Shown here piece after piece: positions 1-12,669 of a stretch of DNA of 64,000 nt. The position numbers and the translations under genes are program-made. This stretch comes from Scyliorhinus canicula (taxonomy: Eukaryota), in NCBI RefSeq assembly GCF_902713615.1, contig NC_052158.1, forward strand, positions 45,099,159 to 45,163,158. Reading direction: 5' to 3'. Position 1 is the stretch's first letter; the number at the start of each line of letters is the position of its first letter. Under the pieces are notes generated by a model, which made no database searches, was not told where the DNA came from, and worked only from the letters and a program-made list of their open reading frames with translations.

Positions 1-70
1 AGGGAATCGAACCTGGGACCCTGGCGCTGTGAAGCCACAGTGCTAGCCACGTGTGCTACCATGCTGCCCT
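1..70 (-). mobile_element. 5' end of tRNA-derived HE1/V-SINE-like SINE (cut by window edge)
   Basis: Reverse complement gggcagcatggtagcac...ggtcccaggttcgattccc, with A/B box-like head matching other copies. Confidence 0.8.
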
Positions 71-166
71 CTAGGGTCTGACTCCTCAGTTAGACACGGC
101 TCCAAAATGGAGTCTAACCAGGAGCAGACGACGTGGTTACACTCTTTCCTCCTCCCAAACCCCACA

Positions 167-352
167 TGAAATGAAATGAAATGAAAATCGCTTATTGTCA
201 CGAGTAGGCTTCAATGAAGTTACTGTGAAAAGCCCCTAGTCACCACATTCCGGCACCTGTCCAGGGAGGCTGGTACGGGAATCGAACCGTGTTGCTGGCC
301 TGCTTGGTCTGCTTTCAAAGCCAGCGATTTAGCCAAGTGAGCTAAACCAGCC
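167..352 (-). mobile_element. Short tRNA-derived SINE with (CATTT)n tail
   Basis: rc gggctggtttagctcac...ggttcgattcccgtacc...gtgacaataagcgattttcatttcatttc; same family at 1963, 2981 and 54780. Confidence 0.85.
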
Positions 353-416
353 CCTTCCCAAGGGCAATGGAAAAGGCAGTTGGGCAAACTTAAAACAAGC
401 TAACTATTGACCATGA

Positions 417-642
417 GGGGGCGGCATGGTAGCAGAGTGGTTAGCACTGCTGCCTCACTGCGCTGAGGACCAGGTTCGATCCCGGCCCAGGTCACTGCCC
501 GTGTGGAGTTTGCACATTCTCCCCGTGTTTGCAGAAATTTCACCCCCACAAGCCAAAGATGTGCAGGGTAGGTGGATTGGCCACGCTAAATTGCCCCTTA
601 ATTGAGAAAAAAAAAGAATGAGCTACTCTAAGTTTATTAGAA
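417..642 (+). mobile_element. V-SINE/HE1-like SINE, short A-rich-tailed form
   Basis: tRNA-like head, gtgtggagtttgcacattctccccgtg body, A-rich tail; flanked by ~15-bp TSD aacta(t/c)tgaccatga. Confidence 0.85.
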
Positions 643-997
643 ACAACTACTGACCATGAACTTGTGTCATGCTCACGAAGACTACTTTTGTGCTCAGACA
701 ACAACTGAAATTTTCCAGCCTTTTGCACCGGTGGTGGTGCACCACCACCGCAAGTTTCCCATGGTAATGGGTGCCATGGAAATTCCCCTTGACAACAGCA
801 GGACCAAAGGATTGCATCACCGCCGGCAATGGCAAGCCACCTTCGTCGTTCTGAAACACACAGCGGTTTGCACGGAAAATCCCCCCCTTATGTGTTTAAT
901 GTAAAAACACTCGGGAGAAAAGATAAAATCAATGGAAATTTTGAAATTTGCACCCTTGTTTTCCAAAATTATTTGAAGAAACACGTTTTGATTGTTT

Positions 998-2530
998 AAT
1001 TTGGATTTGTTTATTGTCACGTGCACCGAGGTACAGTGAAAAGTATCTTTCTGCGAGCAGCTCAACAGATCATTAAGTACATGAAAAGAAAAGAAAATAC
1101 ATAATAGAGCAACACAAGGACACTGGCATCGGGTGAAGCATACAGGGTGTAGTGTTAATGAGGTCAGTCCAAAAGAGGGTCATTTAGGAGTCTCGTAATA
1201 GGAGGGAAGAAGCTGTTTTTGAGTCTGTTCATGCGTGTTCTCAGACTTTTATATCTCCTGCCCAATGGAAGAAGTTGGAGTAGTGAGTAAGCCGAGTGGG
1301 AGGGGTCTTTGATTATGCTGCCCCCCCCCTTCCCCAGGCAGTGGGAGGTGTAGATAGAGGCAATGGATGGGAGACAGGTTTGTATGATGGACTGGACGGT
1401 GTTCACGACTCTGAAGTTTCTTGCTGTCTTGGGCCAATACCAGGCTGTGATGCAGCCAGATAAGATGCTTTCTACGGTGCATCTGTAAAAGCTGATAAGA
1501 GTTAATGCGGAAATGCCGAATTTCCTTAGTTTCCTGAGGAAATATAGGTGCTGTTGTGCTTTCTTGGTGGTAGCGTCGACTTGGATGGACCAGGACAGAT
1601 TTTTGGTGATGTGTACCTCGAGGAATTTGAAACTGCTAACCATCTCCACCTCGGCTCCGTTGATGCTGACAGGGATGTGTACAGTACTTTGCTTCCTGAA
1701 GTCAATGACCAGCTCTTTAGTTTTGCTGGCATTGAGGGATAGATTGGTGCTGCTGCACCACTCCACCAGGATCTCTATCTCCCACCTGTATTCTGACTCG
1801 TCGTTATTTGAGATCCGGCCCGCTCTGGTCGTTTCGTCAGCAAACATGTGGGTGGAGTTGGAACCAAGTTTTGCCACACAGTGGTGTGTGTGTCGGGAGT
1901 ATAGTAGGGGACTAAGTATGCAGCCTTGCGGGGCCCCGGTATTGAGGACTATTGTGGAGGAGGTTTAGCTCAGTGGGCTATACAGCTGGCTTGTAATGCA
2001 GAACAAGGCCAGCCGTGCGGGTTTATTTCCCGTACCGGCCTCCTCGAACAGGCAGCAGAATGTGGCGACTACGGGCTTTTCAAAGTAACCTAATTGAAGC
2101 CTACTTGTGACAATAAGCGATTATTATTATATTATTATGTGTTGTTCTTCTTTCTTACTGATTGTGGTTGGTGGGTCAGAAAGTTGAGGATCCAGTTGCA
2201 GAGTGAGGAGCCAAGTCCTACGTTTCGGAGCTTTGATATGAGCTTGGCTGGGATTATGGTGTTGAAGGCGGATCTGTAGTCAATAAATAGGAGTCCTTGT
2301 TGTCGAGATGCTCTAGGGATGTGTGTAGGGCCAGGGAGATGTTGTCTGCTGTGGAATGGTTGCAGCGGTATGCAAATTGCAGTGGATCAAGGCGTTCGGG
2401 GAGTATGGGGTTGATGCGCTTCATGACCAACCTCTCAAAGCACTTCACTATGACTGATGTCAGGGCCACTGGATGGTGGTCATTGAGGCACGTTGCCTGG
2501 TTCTTCTTTAGCACCAGTATGATGGTGGTC
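998..2530 (-). mobile_element. Rex1/Babar-like (L2-related) LINE, RT C-terminal part and 3' end, degenerate and SINE-interrupted
   Basis: ORFs 1164-1877 (KTKELVIDFRK, FKFLEVHI, LYFLRKLRKFG) and 2254-2514 ([22 protein letters not shown]); 3' tail gtgacaataaacaaatccaaat. Confidence 0.85.
1963..2138 (+). mobile_element. Short tRNA-derived SINE with (ATT)n tail, inserted in the Rex1-like LINE
   Basis: Same body as 167-352; ends gtgacaataagcgattattattatt. Confidence 0.8.
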
Positions 2531-2532
2531 TT

Positions 2533-2880
2533 CTTTGTTTATTGTCACTGTACCAAGGTACAGTGAAAAGTATTTTAACAGATCATTTAGTACATGGAAA
2601 GAGAATAAAATAAAAAGTACATAGTAGGGCAAACCAAGGTACACAATGTAAATACTTAGACACCGCCATTGGCTGGAGAATACAAGAGTGTAGTATTATT
2701 CAGGTCAGTCCATAAGAGGGTCGTTTAGGAGTCTGGTAACAGTGGGGAAGAAGCTATTTTTGAATCTGTTCATGTGTGTTCTCAGACTTTTATATCTCCT
2801 GCCCGATGGAAGAAGTTGGAAGAGTGAGTAAGCCGGGTGGAAGAGGTCTTGATTATGCTGCTCGCTTTCCCCAGGCAGTG
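2533..2880 (-). mobile_element. Second Rex1/Babar-like LINE 3' fragment
   Basis: Near-copy of 1005-1345 (LPSGRRYKSLRT..NRFKNSFFP). Confidence 0.8.
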
Positions 2881-2980
2881 TGACCAGGAAGCTAAGAAAA
2901 ATGCTGTTTAGCTGATTGAAGGGTTTTGGATTATCCTGGGAAATTAGATACACTGCACTTGTGGTGATATGCTGGTTTAG

Positions 2981-3170
2981 GGGCTGGTTTAGCACACTGG
3001 GCTAAATCGCTGGCTTTTAAAGCAGACCAAGGCAGGCCAGCAGCACGGTTCAATTCCCGTACCAGCCTCCCCGAACAGGCGTCGGAATGTGGCGACTAGG
3101 GGCTTTTCACAGTAACTTCATTTGAAGCCTACTTGTGACAATAAGCGATTTTCATTTCATTTTTCATTTC
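2981..3170 (+). mobile_element. Short tRNA-derived SINE inserted in the 5' LTR
   Basis: gggctggtttagcac...gtgacaataagcgattttcatttc; absent from the 3' LTR. Confidence 0.85.
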
Positions 3171-4679
3171 ATGCATCACCGTATATACACAAGGGGTTAA
3201 GGTAAATACACTACAACTAAGTAAACACTAGAGGGAGCATTGGAGAAGTCACGATATGCAAACATGCAGCTATTGAACACTTAGAATAGGACATAACCAA
3301 TGAGCAGTCAAGACACCCAGAGGTGGCATTACCACAAGGGAGCACTTCACAACCCATATAAAAGGATAGGGCACACATGCTCTGCCTCTTTCCACTTACC
3401 CACAACTAGAGAGTACATCAGGGTTGATCAGAAGCATCACACCCAGCACGTGGCTTAGAGCAGACTGGTTTGGTTAGACTGAGTTACTACAGTTAGATTA
3501 GCAGGAGAGTCAAACTAATTTAAGAACTGTGTTAATAGTTCAATAAACATATTGAACTCATTACAAAGTCTGGACCTTCCTTTGTCAAAGCATACATCAA
3601 GGAAGCACCTTATGCTACACGAAGAAGCATAACACAACATGGTACCAGTGGTGCCTGTTCAATCTATTTAGTTTAACACAGCAAGATCCGTGACAACCAG
3701 CAACAGCACCCAGGCAAGGTGATTGAGATTCTGGTTCCTCAGCAACTCAGGTACCATGGCAATTTTAGTGCCAACTGGCGTGCATTCAAGCAGAGATTTC
3801 AGTTTTACCTGGAAGCAGCCGACCTAAATGGCGTGGCCGATGCTAAAACGATAGCTCTTCTACTCACCATTGTGAGTGAGCATGCAACAGAGATCTGCAA
3901 GTCCTTCAAATACTTGAAAGGGTAGGACAAAAAAGACTTCCAGACAGTCCTGGACAAGTTTGAAAACTACTGCGAGGTAAACACAAAAGAAATCGGTAAA
4001 ACTGGCACCTATACTAACTACGAGGCAGAGGTAGGGATGCAACAGAAGCAAACAGCATTTTTGATTGGCAGTCATCTTGCGCGTATCCAGCTGGCCCAGT
4101 CCGCACATCCCCAGAAGACGTGAACCGGCAAAACAGTGTTTTGCACATGCGCGAGAAGCCGCACATGCGCAGTTGTGAAAAGAGCGCACAGTAAAGGAAA
4201 AGCGATTTGCGCATGTGCAATCCATTCCTACGCTTTACGTCACAAGCGTTATGACGTCAGAGGCAACTCCCACTTAAAGGGGAAATGTCCGAAAATAGTG
4301 AAGAAGAGTTTTAAAGCCAGAAAACACAGCTCTTCCACCACGAAAGACAGCACAATGCCTGAACTCCGACCAGTAGATGAAAATAACCTCCGCAGAACCC
4401 TTCAACAAGCTGTTTGCACCGCCGAAAGAGATGATTTGGTCCTTGAAGACTACGACTCAGAAGATGATTTCATCATTGGACGTAGCGAGCACCGTAACAA
4501 ATCTGAACCGCAACGAGATGATTTGTACATTGAAGCATCCTACACAAACATGGATGAGTTCTTCGGATTTGAGGATCCTCAGCTCAGCATAGAAGACATC
4601 CCGACCCATGAGTACAGGATTCTGCTGCAGTTGACACCAAGAGACAGAGAGCGGTAAAAGCCCACAGAGAGCGGCCTGA

Positions 4680-5600
4680 CACCATGGATACCACACCAGT
4701 GGTCCACGCACCGTGAAGAGACCCCAACTCCACACAGAGAGTGGTCCACGCACCACGAAGAGTCCCCGACTCCGCACAGAAAGCGATGAAAGTCTCCACA
4801 GCGAGACCACTGCACGACTCCACACAGAAAGCGATGAAAGACTCCACAGCGAGACCACTACACGACTCCGTTGAGAGCGCACAGATCGACTCCACAGCGA
4901 GACCACGGCACGACTCCACACAGGGAACGATGCCAGACTCCACAGAGAGAGCGATACAAGCCTCCACAGCAAGCTCGTTGACAGACTCCACAATGGGAGC
5001 AACTCAAGACGCCAAAGTGCAGTCCATGCATGAACAAGACCATGAAGGTCTATCCACCTCCTCTGAGCAACCAGCAGCAAATGATGCAAGTCTGTCCCGC
5101 TCACATGAACAACAAAAAGACTATGAAAGTCTACCCAGATTACTTGAGCCACCAGAAGAAGACTCTGACAGTCTACCCAGCTTATCTAACCAACAAGAAG
5201 ACACTGAAGGTCTATCCACTGTATTTGAGGCAAGTGACGAAGGCATCACAATTCCCATACATGATGTGCGACATCACAGTGAGACTGACAGATCTCAGCT
5301 CGTATGCACAGAGGCACTCGACAATCCAAGTGAAACTACTCGTGAGTCCAGTGCGACCACGTCAATTGAAACCTCATCCACTTGAGCCTCTCCACAAGAA
5401 AATGAAATCTTGAACATTTTGACTCCAGACGAGAAGCTTCAAAAAACCAAAGATGATTCAAGTGAACCTGAAATGACTCCGACAGAGGATCATCAAGAAA
5501 CCAAAGATGATTCAGGTGAACCAGAATGGATTCCAGGCGGGGAGCATCAACTAGCCAAAGATGATTCAAGTGAACCGGACATGACTCCAGATGGGGAGGA
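4680..5600 (+). repeat. Degenerate tandem repeat blocks inside the LTR element
   Basis: gactccacagcgagacc-type units (4730-4990), gtctacccag-type units (5030-5220), and three 54-bp ccaaagatgattca(a/g)gtgaacc units at 5447, 5501 and 5555. Confidence 0.8.
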
Positions 5601-6388
5601 CTGAGGAATCAAAGACAAAACGCTCAATGAAACAGCAGATGCCACAAAGGACACTGGCACAAGTAACTTTGTGAAGGACTTGAATTCTGCACTCGGAATG
5701 GTCATTGAATGCAACAAACACAAGAACAAAACCAACAAAAACAACACAGACAACAACAAGAAGCGTACCAAAGGCACCAATGTCAACAACAAGCACGGCA
5801 AAACCAACAACACTGGAACAACGACTGGTACGACATGGTACAACTCTACAAATGCAGGACACTGTGACAGCACAGCTCAAGACAATGGCAAGTGCGCAGA
5901 CATACCATGGCATGATAACGCATCTTACAAATTCACGTTTGCTGCACTACAAACAAGCAGACCAGCTTTCAAGGCAGCTGACAGAAGGCATCAATACCAC
6001 AAACAGACACCAATCCAGGTCAGACAGGAAAGATGACATCAAGAATCGCTACCACAAGCATCGAAAAAAAGAGTCCAAATCAGACAATGAAATGATTTGA
6101 CCATTTGAACACCTCCTGATGACTTCTTGGTTCCTTAAGCACAGGGACGCTGACGGCGTTCACAAGGAAATGACAACATCAACACTTCAATAACAAAACA
6201 AGAAAGCCACTTGACCATATAAATTCATGAACTTTGGACTCATAAATATTACTTGGTATTGTATAATCATCAATGTCATCATAACTTGTACATGTCATCA
6301 CTTATCTACCTGTTTTGTTCAATTTTCTTTAACAAAGTATAGAAAATATGTAACACGAGAAAAGGGGGGGATGTGGTGATATGCATCA

Positions 6389-6756
6389 GTACCTAGAGAG
6401 AAGAAGTTTAAGGGGTGACTTAATTGAGGCATACAAGATGATCAGAGGATTAGATAGGGTGGACATCGAGAGCCTTTTTCCTCGGATGTTGATGTCCAGC
6501 ACGAGGGGACATAGCTTTAAATTGAGGAGAGATAGATATAGGACAGATGTCAGAGGTAAGTTCTTTACTCAGAGAGTAGTAAGGGCGTGGAATGCCCTGC
6601 CACAGTAGTGGACTCGCCAACACTAAACACATTCAAATGGTCATTGGATAGACATATGGACGATAAGGGAATAGTGTAGAGGGACTTTAGAGGGGTTTCA
6701 CAGGATGGCGCAACATCGAGGGCCGAAGGGCCTGTACTGCGCTGTAATGTTCTATG
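6389..6756 (+). mobile_element. CR1/HER1 LINE 3' end inside the 3' LTR
   Basis: LERRSLRGDLIEAYKM...TRGHSFKL; tail gggccgaagggcctgtactgcgctgtaatgttctatgtt. Confidence 0.9.
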
Positions 6757-6857
6757 TTCAATAAACATATTGAACTCATTACAAAGTCTGGACCTTCCTT
6801 TGTCAAAGCATACATCAAGGAAGCACCTTATGCTACACGAAGAAGCATAACACAACA

Positions 6858-7118
6858 GCACTCACTCAAACTGCACATCCCAAATTCAGCTCTTAGACAC
6901 AGCACTGGGCAAAACGATCAAATCCAAGCCCAGGCTTTAGGAAAAAATTTAAAGAAGACATTAAAATAAATGTGCCTCTGCCCCTCCCAGATAATTACAC
7001 CTCACCTTCTCATATTCAGCAATGACTCATCAACAAAACTCAGCCTGTAAATCAGAAGGGAAATGCTTCCAATAAACACCCTCATTATCCAACACGGCCA
7101 ATCAAACAGCTCAGCTCT
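6858..7118 (-). other. Third copy of the ZNF 5' non-coding module with 39-nt micro-exon (7044-7006); continues at 2885-2959 across the LTR insertion
   Basis: Aligns directly to 22963-23243 and in reverse complement to 26150-26510; rc ttctgatttacAG|gctgag...gagaag|GTgagg. Confidence 0.75.
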
Positions 7119-7129
7119 TTGATGGACGG

Positions 7130-7560
7130 ATCATGCAACCAATCGGAGACCAAAGGTACAATAGCCAAGCCCATCGCAGACATGTCAGTCATTGTGCCCA
7201 ACCAAAAACAAGGGAGGCGGGATTCCGTCTTCCACCCAGTTCTGCGCATCCGCTTTCGATTCAGACTTTCACCCGATCACATTACCCATCCTTCATTTGG
7301 CCCCGGAGCCTGCGCAGTGAGGACAGTATCAAATCGGGAGGAAGGCAGCCCGCGATGCCTTATGGGAGTTGTTGTTTTTTGGTGCCCAGCGTTCTGGGGT
7401 TGGAATGTGAGGAAGCGCGAGCCAGAGCAGCTGAATCGAATTGAAAAGCAGAGATTAACCCTTGGGAGGAACCAGAGCGATGGCGGTGGGAAGATTCACC
7501 ATTGCAGCAGATCCTCTGCGCACAGCTGAACTGATTGGTCATCGCAGTGCCACTGACTGG
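7130..7560. promoter_or_regulatory. Putative CpG-containing Pol II promoter
   Basis: CCAAT boxes (~7139, rc ~7534), GC box gggaggcggg (~7212), NRF1-like tgcgca (7243, 7311, 7517), ZNF143/SBS-like rc acaacaactcccataaggca at 7356-7375. Confidence 0.55.
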
Positions 7561-7717
7561 ACAACACAGAAGAGTTGCAGGAGGAGGACACTGTGATCGA
7601 GCATGTCAAAGGCTGCAAAGAGGTTGCTTCTCTCTCCACAAATGTTTCCTGACTTGATGATTTCCAGAATCACCTTTCCAGCATTCACAGTATTTTACCC
7701 CATTGGATTCCAAGAGC

Positions 7718-7883
7718 GAGGCACAGTGCTTTGCATTGCTGTCCCAGTGCCAGGGACCCAGGTTCAATACCAGCCTTGGGTGACTGTGTGGAGTTTGCAC
7801 TTTGTCCCCGTGTCTGCATGGGTTTCCTCCCATAGTTCAAAGATGTGCAGGTTAGGTGGATTGGCCATGCTAAATTGTCCCTT
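7718..7883 (+). mobile_element. Degenerate V-SINE/HE1-like fragment
   Basis: ggcacagtg...ccaggttcaat...gtgtggagtttgcac...gctaaattgtccc. Confidence 0.75.
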
Positions 7884-7899
7884 CTGCTCTGTAGAAATT

Positions 7900-8450
7900 C
7901 TAGACCTACTAATTCATCAATCATTAAATATAACAAGGCATCTCAACAAGGGTATTTTACTAAAAAATCAAACACTGTGGTCCAATTTTGGAGGAATTGA
8001 ATTGAAAAGCAGAGAAATGACTTTGAACTTGTCGAAAACCTTTGTTTTGGACAGCACAGTTCAGATCAACATGTCGATAAAGGACAGAAAGAAACTCTAC
8101 AAGGGGGGAAAAAAGGATGAATTATAACATTAAGAATTTGGGGGTCATGTGTGGGGGAGTCTGAAACTGGAGTCCAAAAATATAAGATGGTCAATAATAA
8201 ATTCATGTAGGTATTCAGGAGAATCTTCTATCCCAAGGGAATGATTAGAATGTGGAACTTGATCCCACAGGGAATGATTGTGTCAAATAGTTTTGATGTG
8301 TTTGATAGGAAACCAGGTAAACAAATGAGGGAGAAAGAAACACAAGGATCTGCTAATTGTGAGATAAAATAGGTTGGGATAAAGCTCGTGGAGCATAAAC
8401 TCTGGGAGAAAGCAGATGGGCTAAACGGTCTGTCTCTGTGCTGATGGGGT
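7900..8450 (+). mobile_element. Old CR1-like LINE 3' remnant
   Basis: Degenerate GIELKSREM.LNL.KT.V and a 3' UTR-like gatgggctaaacggtctgtctctgtgctg. Confidence 0.55.
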
Positions 8451-8699
8451 GAGATAATAGGCACGTTTGTCGCCAACACAGTTTCCATGTTCTATTCCAT
8501 TACCACATTGCAAGAGGCAGATTAGGCAGAGGCCAGGAACAAGCGGAGCCACAGTCAAACTCTGACCTTGGGCAGTGAGTTTGGTCTGAGTGGGAGTCAG
8601 GTATTTGTTTATCAAATGTGGGATTTGTAGATGAGAGAGAGAGATTGTTCCGCACAAAAGATTTATACTGATTCATGTTCCAAACTGAAAACTCTTAAG

Positions 8700-8900
8700 T
8701 TTCATTTTTGACGAATTAAAGGCAATTTATCATGGCCAATCCACCTACCCTGCACATCTTTGAATTGTGGGGGCGAAACCCACGCAAACACGGGGAGAAC
8801 GTGCAAACTCCAAACTGACAAGTGACCCCGGGCCGGGATTGAACCTGGCTCCTCAATGCAGTGAGTAGCAGTGCTAACCACTGCACCACCGTGCTGCCCC
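8700..8900 (-). mobile_element. V-SINE/HE1-like SINE, short form
   Basis: rc ggggcagcacggtggtgcagtggttagcactgct...; flanked by similar aaaac(t/c)ct(t)aagttt sequences. Confidence 0.8.
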
Positions 8901-9579
8901 TTAAAACCCTAAGTTTCTAACCTGTGCCCTGGCTACAACTTCACTGTGACAAGAATTGTGGCAGAATAATTCAAATATCGACATTCCATTGCTGCTTCTT
9001 TCAGTCTGAAGTGTTTGTTGTAAGCAGTTCTCACTGCACTCAGCTTGTCTGCCTCCAGCAGTTCCAGAATCTATTACTCAGAATACTATTCATGTCCTGT
9101 CAAATGTTCACTTCTTTCTTCAGATTGTTTACAATCAAATCAACCCCAGATTCTGTAATTCAGGCTTTCTTTTTGGCATTTTGTCTTGACTGCGCGCAGC
9201 AAAAGGGCAGTTTCTAGAAGTAGAGGATGCTTCCTGTGAAATGGAAATTGCCACCTCTATAGGTGTTTAGTTATTTGTTTCCCCTCACCTTGTGATGCCG
9301 AAGGAAAACTTTCATCTGTTACCAAAGCAAGGTTTGTCCTGGAATAGGTCCTTGTCACCAGATGCTTATAGCTTGAGGGGCACCACTCCACACTAAGCAT
9401 GTCTGACCAGGATTCTCTTCCGCTTTTACTGCCAGCTATTAGCGAGTTGGAAGGATTTTGCAAGCTGACACTCAACCTGTTCAGCCATCAAGTCCTGGGA
9501 TGGGGCTCAAACCCAGAGCTTCTGGCTCAGAGGCAGGGATGCAACTCAATGCACCATAAAAACACCTCAAACCTTCTGT

Positions 9580-11950
9580 CAGTAGAAAGGGAAGAGAGTT
9601 GCTAAAGTGAATGTCGGTGTCTTGGAGGATGAGTCCAAGTGGGGAACAAAGAAATGGGTAATAGTTGGGAAACATAGAAATGGCAGAGCGCTAAATCAAT
9701 ATTTTGCCTCAGATTTTACAGTGAAGGACACTAATAATAATAATCTCTATTGTCACAAGTAGGCTTACACTACAATGAAGTTATCATCTTGGTTGTAACA
9801 GGTAATGCAGGGGTAATAGAAAGGGAGGAACTGAGAACAATCATCAATAGACAAAAAATACCAAACAAGCTATTAGGATTGAAGACAGACAACACCCCAG
9901 GGACTGACGGCCTATCTCCTAGGGAAAGGTTCCAGTGGATCAGAAAAAAGCGAAATGAACTTACTTATTCAAAAAGGGAGGCAGAAAGTAGGGAACTATA
10001 AACCAGTTAGTTTAACATCTGTCATTGGGAAATTATTAGAATCCATTATTAAGGAAGTAATGAGAGGTCATTTCGAAAGTCAAGACGCAGTCTATCAGAA
10101 TCAACATGGTTTAATAAAGGTAAATAGTGTTTGACTAATTTGCTTGACTTCTTAGAAGATGTAACAAGCCAAGCAGATAGATGTAGTATGTCTGGACTTC
10201 CAAACGTCATTTGATAAGGTGCCCCACAAAAGATTACGGTCACATTGGATTAGGGGTAATTTATCATCTTGGATAGAAGACTAGTTAACTGATAGAAGGT
10301 AAAGAATTGGGGTAAATGGGTCTTTTTCTGGTTGGCAAGATGTAACTAGTGGGGTGCCACTAGTTCGGTCCTCGCACCCCAATTATTTACAATATATATT
10401 AATGACTTGGATGCGGGGATAAAGGATACTGCAGCCAATTTTGCAGATGTCATTAAAATAGGTGAGATAGTAAGTTGCAATGAGAAAATAGGAAATTTAC
10501 AAATAGAACATAGAACATTACAGCGCAGTACAGGCCCTTCGGCCCTCGATGTTGCGCCGACCTGTGAAACCACTCCAAAGCCCATCTACACTATTCCCTT
10601 ATCGTCCATATGTCTATCCAATGACCACTTGAATGCCCTTAGTGTTGGTCAGTCCACTACTGTTGCAGGCAGGGCATTCCACGCCTTACTACTCTCTGCG
10701 TAAAGAACCTACCTCTGACATCTGTCCTATATCTATCTCCCCTCAATTTAAAGCTATGTCCCCTCGTGCTGGACATCACCATCCGAGGAAAAAGGCTCTC
10801 AATGTCCACCCTATCTAATCCTCTGATCATCTTGTATGCCTCAATTAAGTCACCTCTTAACCTTCTTCTCTCTAACGAAAACAGCCTCAAGTCCCTCAGC
10901 CTTCCCTCATAAGATCTTCCCTCCATACCAGGCAACATTCTGCTAAATCTCCTCTGCACCCTTTCCAATGCTTCCACATCCTTCCTATAATGCGGCGACC
11001 AGAATTGCACGCAATACTCCAAATGCAGCCGCACCAGAGTTTTGTACAGCTGCAACATGACCTCATGGCTCAAACTCAATCCCTCTATCAATAAAAGCTA
11101 ACACACCGTACAAGGGTTAGGTGAATGGTTAGATGAATGGGCCAAAATTTGTCAGATTGTATTTAACGTGGATAAGTGCGAGGTTATCTGTTTTGGTCGG
11201 ATAAATGGAAAGGCAACTTATTATCTAAATGATGAGAACTTCAGAATGCTTTGTTGCAGAGGGATCTGGGTGTCCTCATGCATGAATCGCAGAAAACTAG
11301 TATGTAGATACTGCAGGTAATAAGGAAGGCAAATGGAATTTTGACCTTCATAGCTAAAGGAACAGAGTATAAAAGTAGGGAAGTAGCTGCAACTGTACAG
11401 GGTATTGGTGAGAACGCACCTGGAGTACTGTGTCCAGTTTTGGTCCCCATATTTGAAGATGTAGTTGCATTTGAGGCAGATCAGAAGAGGTTCACTAGAT
11501 TGATTCCAGAGATGAGTGGTTTGTCTAATGAAGAGAGATGGAGTGCTTTAGGCCTATCCTCTCTCTTAGAAGAATGAAATAGATCTAATTGAGGTATTTA
11601 AGATGATAAAAGGTATTGACAAAGTAGACAGAGTGAATTCTTCCTCTTTTGGGACAATCTAGATCGAGAGGTCATAGTTTTAGGATGAGGGTCAGCACAT
11701 TTAAAACAGATAAGGAGAAATTACTTCTTCCAAAGGGTTGTGAATCTGGAATTCACTACCCCAGATTGTGGTGGATGCCGGGACTTTGAGTAAATTTAAG
11801 GAGATTTTAATTAGTAATGGATTGAAGGGTTATGGAGAACGGGCAGGAAAGTTGAGTTGAGGCCGAAAGGAGATTAACCATGATCATATTGAATTGCGGA
11901 GCGGGCTCGAGGGACTGAATTGCCTAATCCTGCTCCTAGTTCTTATGTTT
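9580..11950 (+). mobile_element. Degenerate CR1 LINE ORF2 (RT) with 3' end, host to a nested antisense CR1
   Basis: PGTDG, NYKPVSLTS, QHG...CLTNL, GVP..SVL, FAD-like motifs with many frameshifts; tail cctgctcctagttcttatgtt. Confidence 0.8.
10503..11112 (-). mobile_element. Young 5'-truncated CR1/HER1 LINE
   Basis: ORF 10657-11091 (LYKTLVR.HLEYCVQFWSP); (TTCTATG)n tail at ~10503-10518. Confidence 0.9.
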
Positions 11951-12669
11951 TCCTTATGTTTAATCAGTGCTTGGATGCTAATCAGTCAGATGGACCTGTC
12001 ATTGATGACTTTACAATGCCCCAGAATTAGCTCTCACTTTCCCCTGTTTCATTTTAAAAGCAGTAAATGTCATACCGTCAAACCATTACAACAAACTATA
12101 ATGAATATGTTTATTAATATGTAAGATTTCAGACAGAAGCATAAAAAACACTGCCAGAAACTAATGAGACTAAATAAACATTCTAGAGTATTTACAATGC
12201 AGAATCAGGAAGATGGTGTATGTCCGCGGTGATGTCATTGACACATGTGCAGAGGGTACCAGCAGGCTGGGAGCAGCGCAGTGACATTGAGTAATCGCAA
12301 ACTTGTGCAGCCGGGTAAAGGTGACCATCTTGTATTGACAAAAGATGCAGTGTGAGAGAAAATAGGAGGCCGAATGCTCAGGTGGAGAAGAAACAAAGTA
12401 GAAAGAAGATGGGCCGAATGGTCTGTTTGTGCTTTAAAAACTAGAATCAAATCGCGAAATGCGGAAATATTCAAGTCAGGTGATAGCCTGCCTCCTCCCC
12501 CACCAGTTGGCAGCCCCCCCGCCGCTATCCCCGTCACCCTGCGGCTCCACACTCACCGTCCCTGCCAAGATCCCACAATCAAATACCCTTATTTTATTTC
12601 CTCAGAGTTGGTCACTTTGGAGTCAATCTCTGTGTCAAGCAAGAGAAAATCCCCAAGCACAGTTTGGCC

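Larger units (their letters stand above)
2960..6857 (+). mobile_element. Non-autonomous Gypsy-type LTR element with gag relic and no pol
   Basis: LTRs 2960-3639 and 6372-6857 (TGTGGTGAT...CACAACA); 5-bp TSD GCACT (2955-2959, 6858-6862); PBS-like TGGTACCAG at 3640; PPT AAAAGGGGGGG before the 3' LTR; gag-like GNFSANWRAFKQRF at 3719-3925. Confidence 0.9.

Noticed and set aside
417-500. tRNA gene candidates (A/B box sequences here and at other SINE heads)
   Set aside because: They continue into SINE bodies and tails and lack a full cloverleaf.
8930-9260. Possible decayed coding or pseudogene fragment on the minus strand
   Set aside because: Multiple stops and no motif I can identify.
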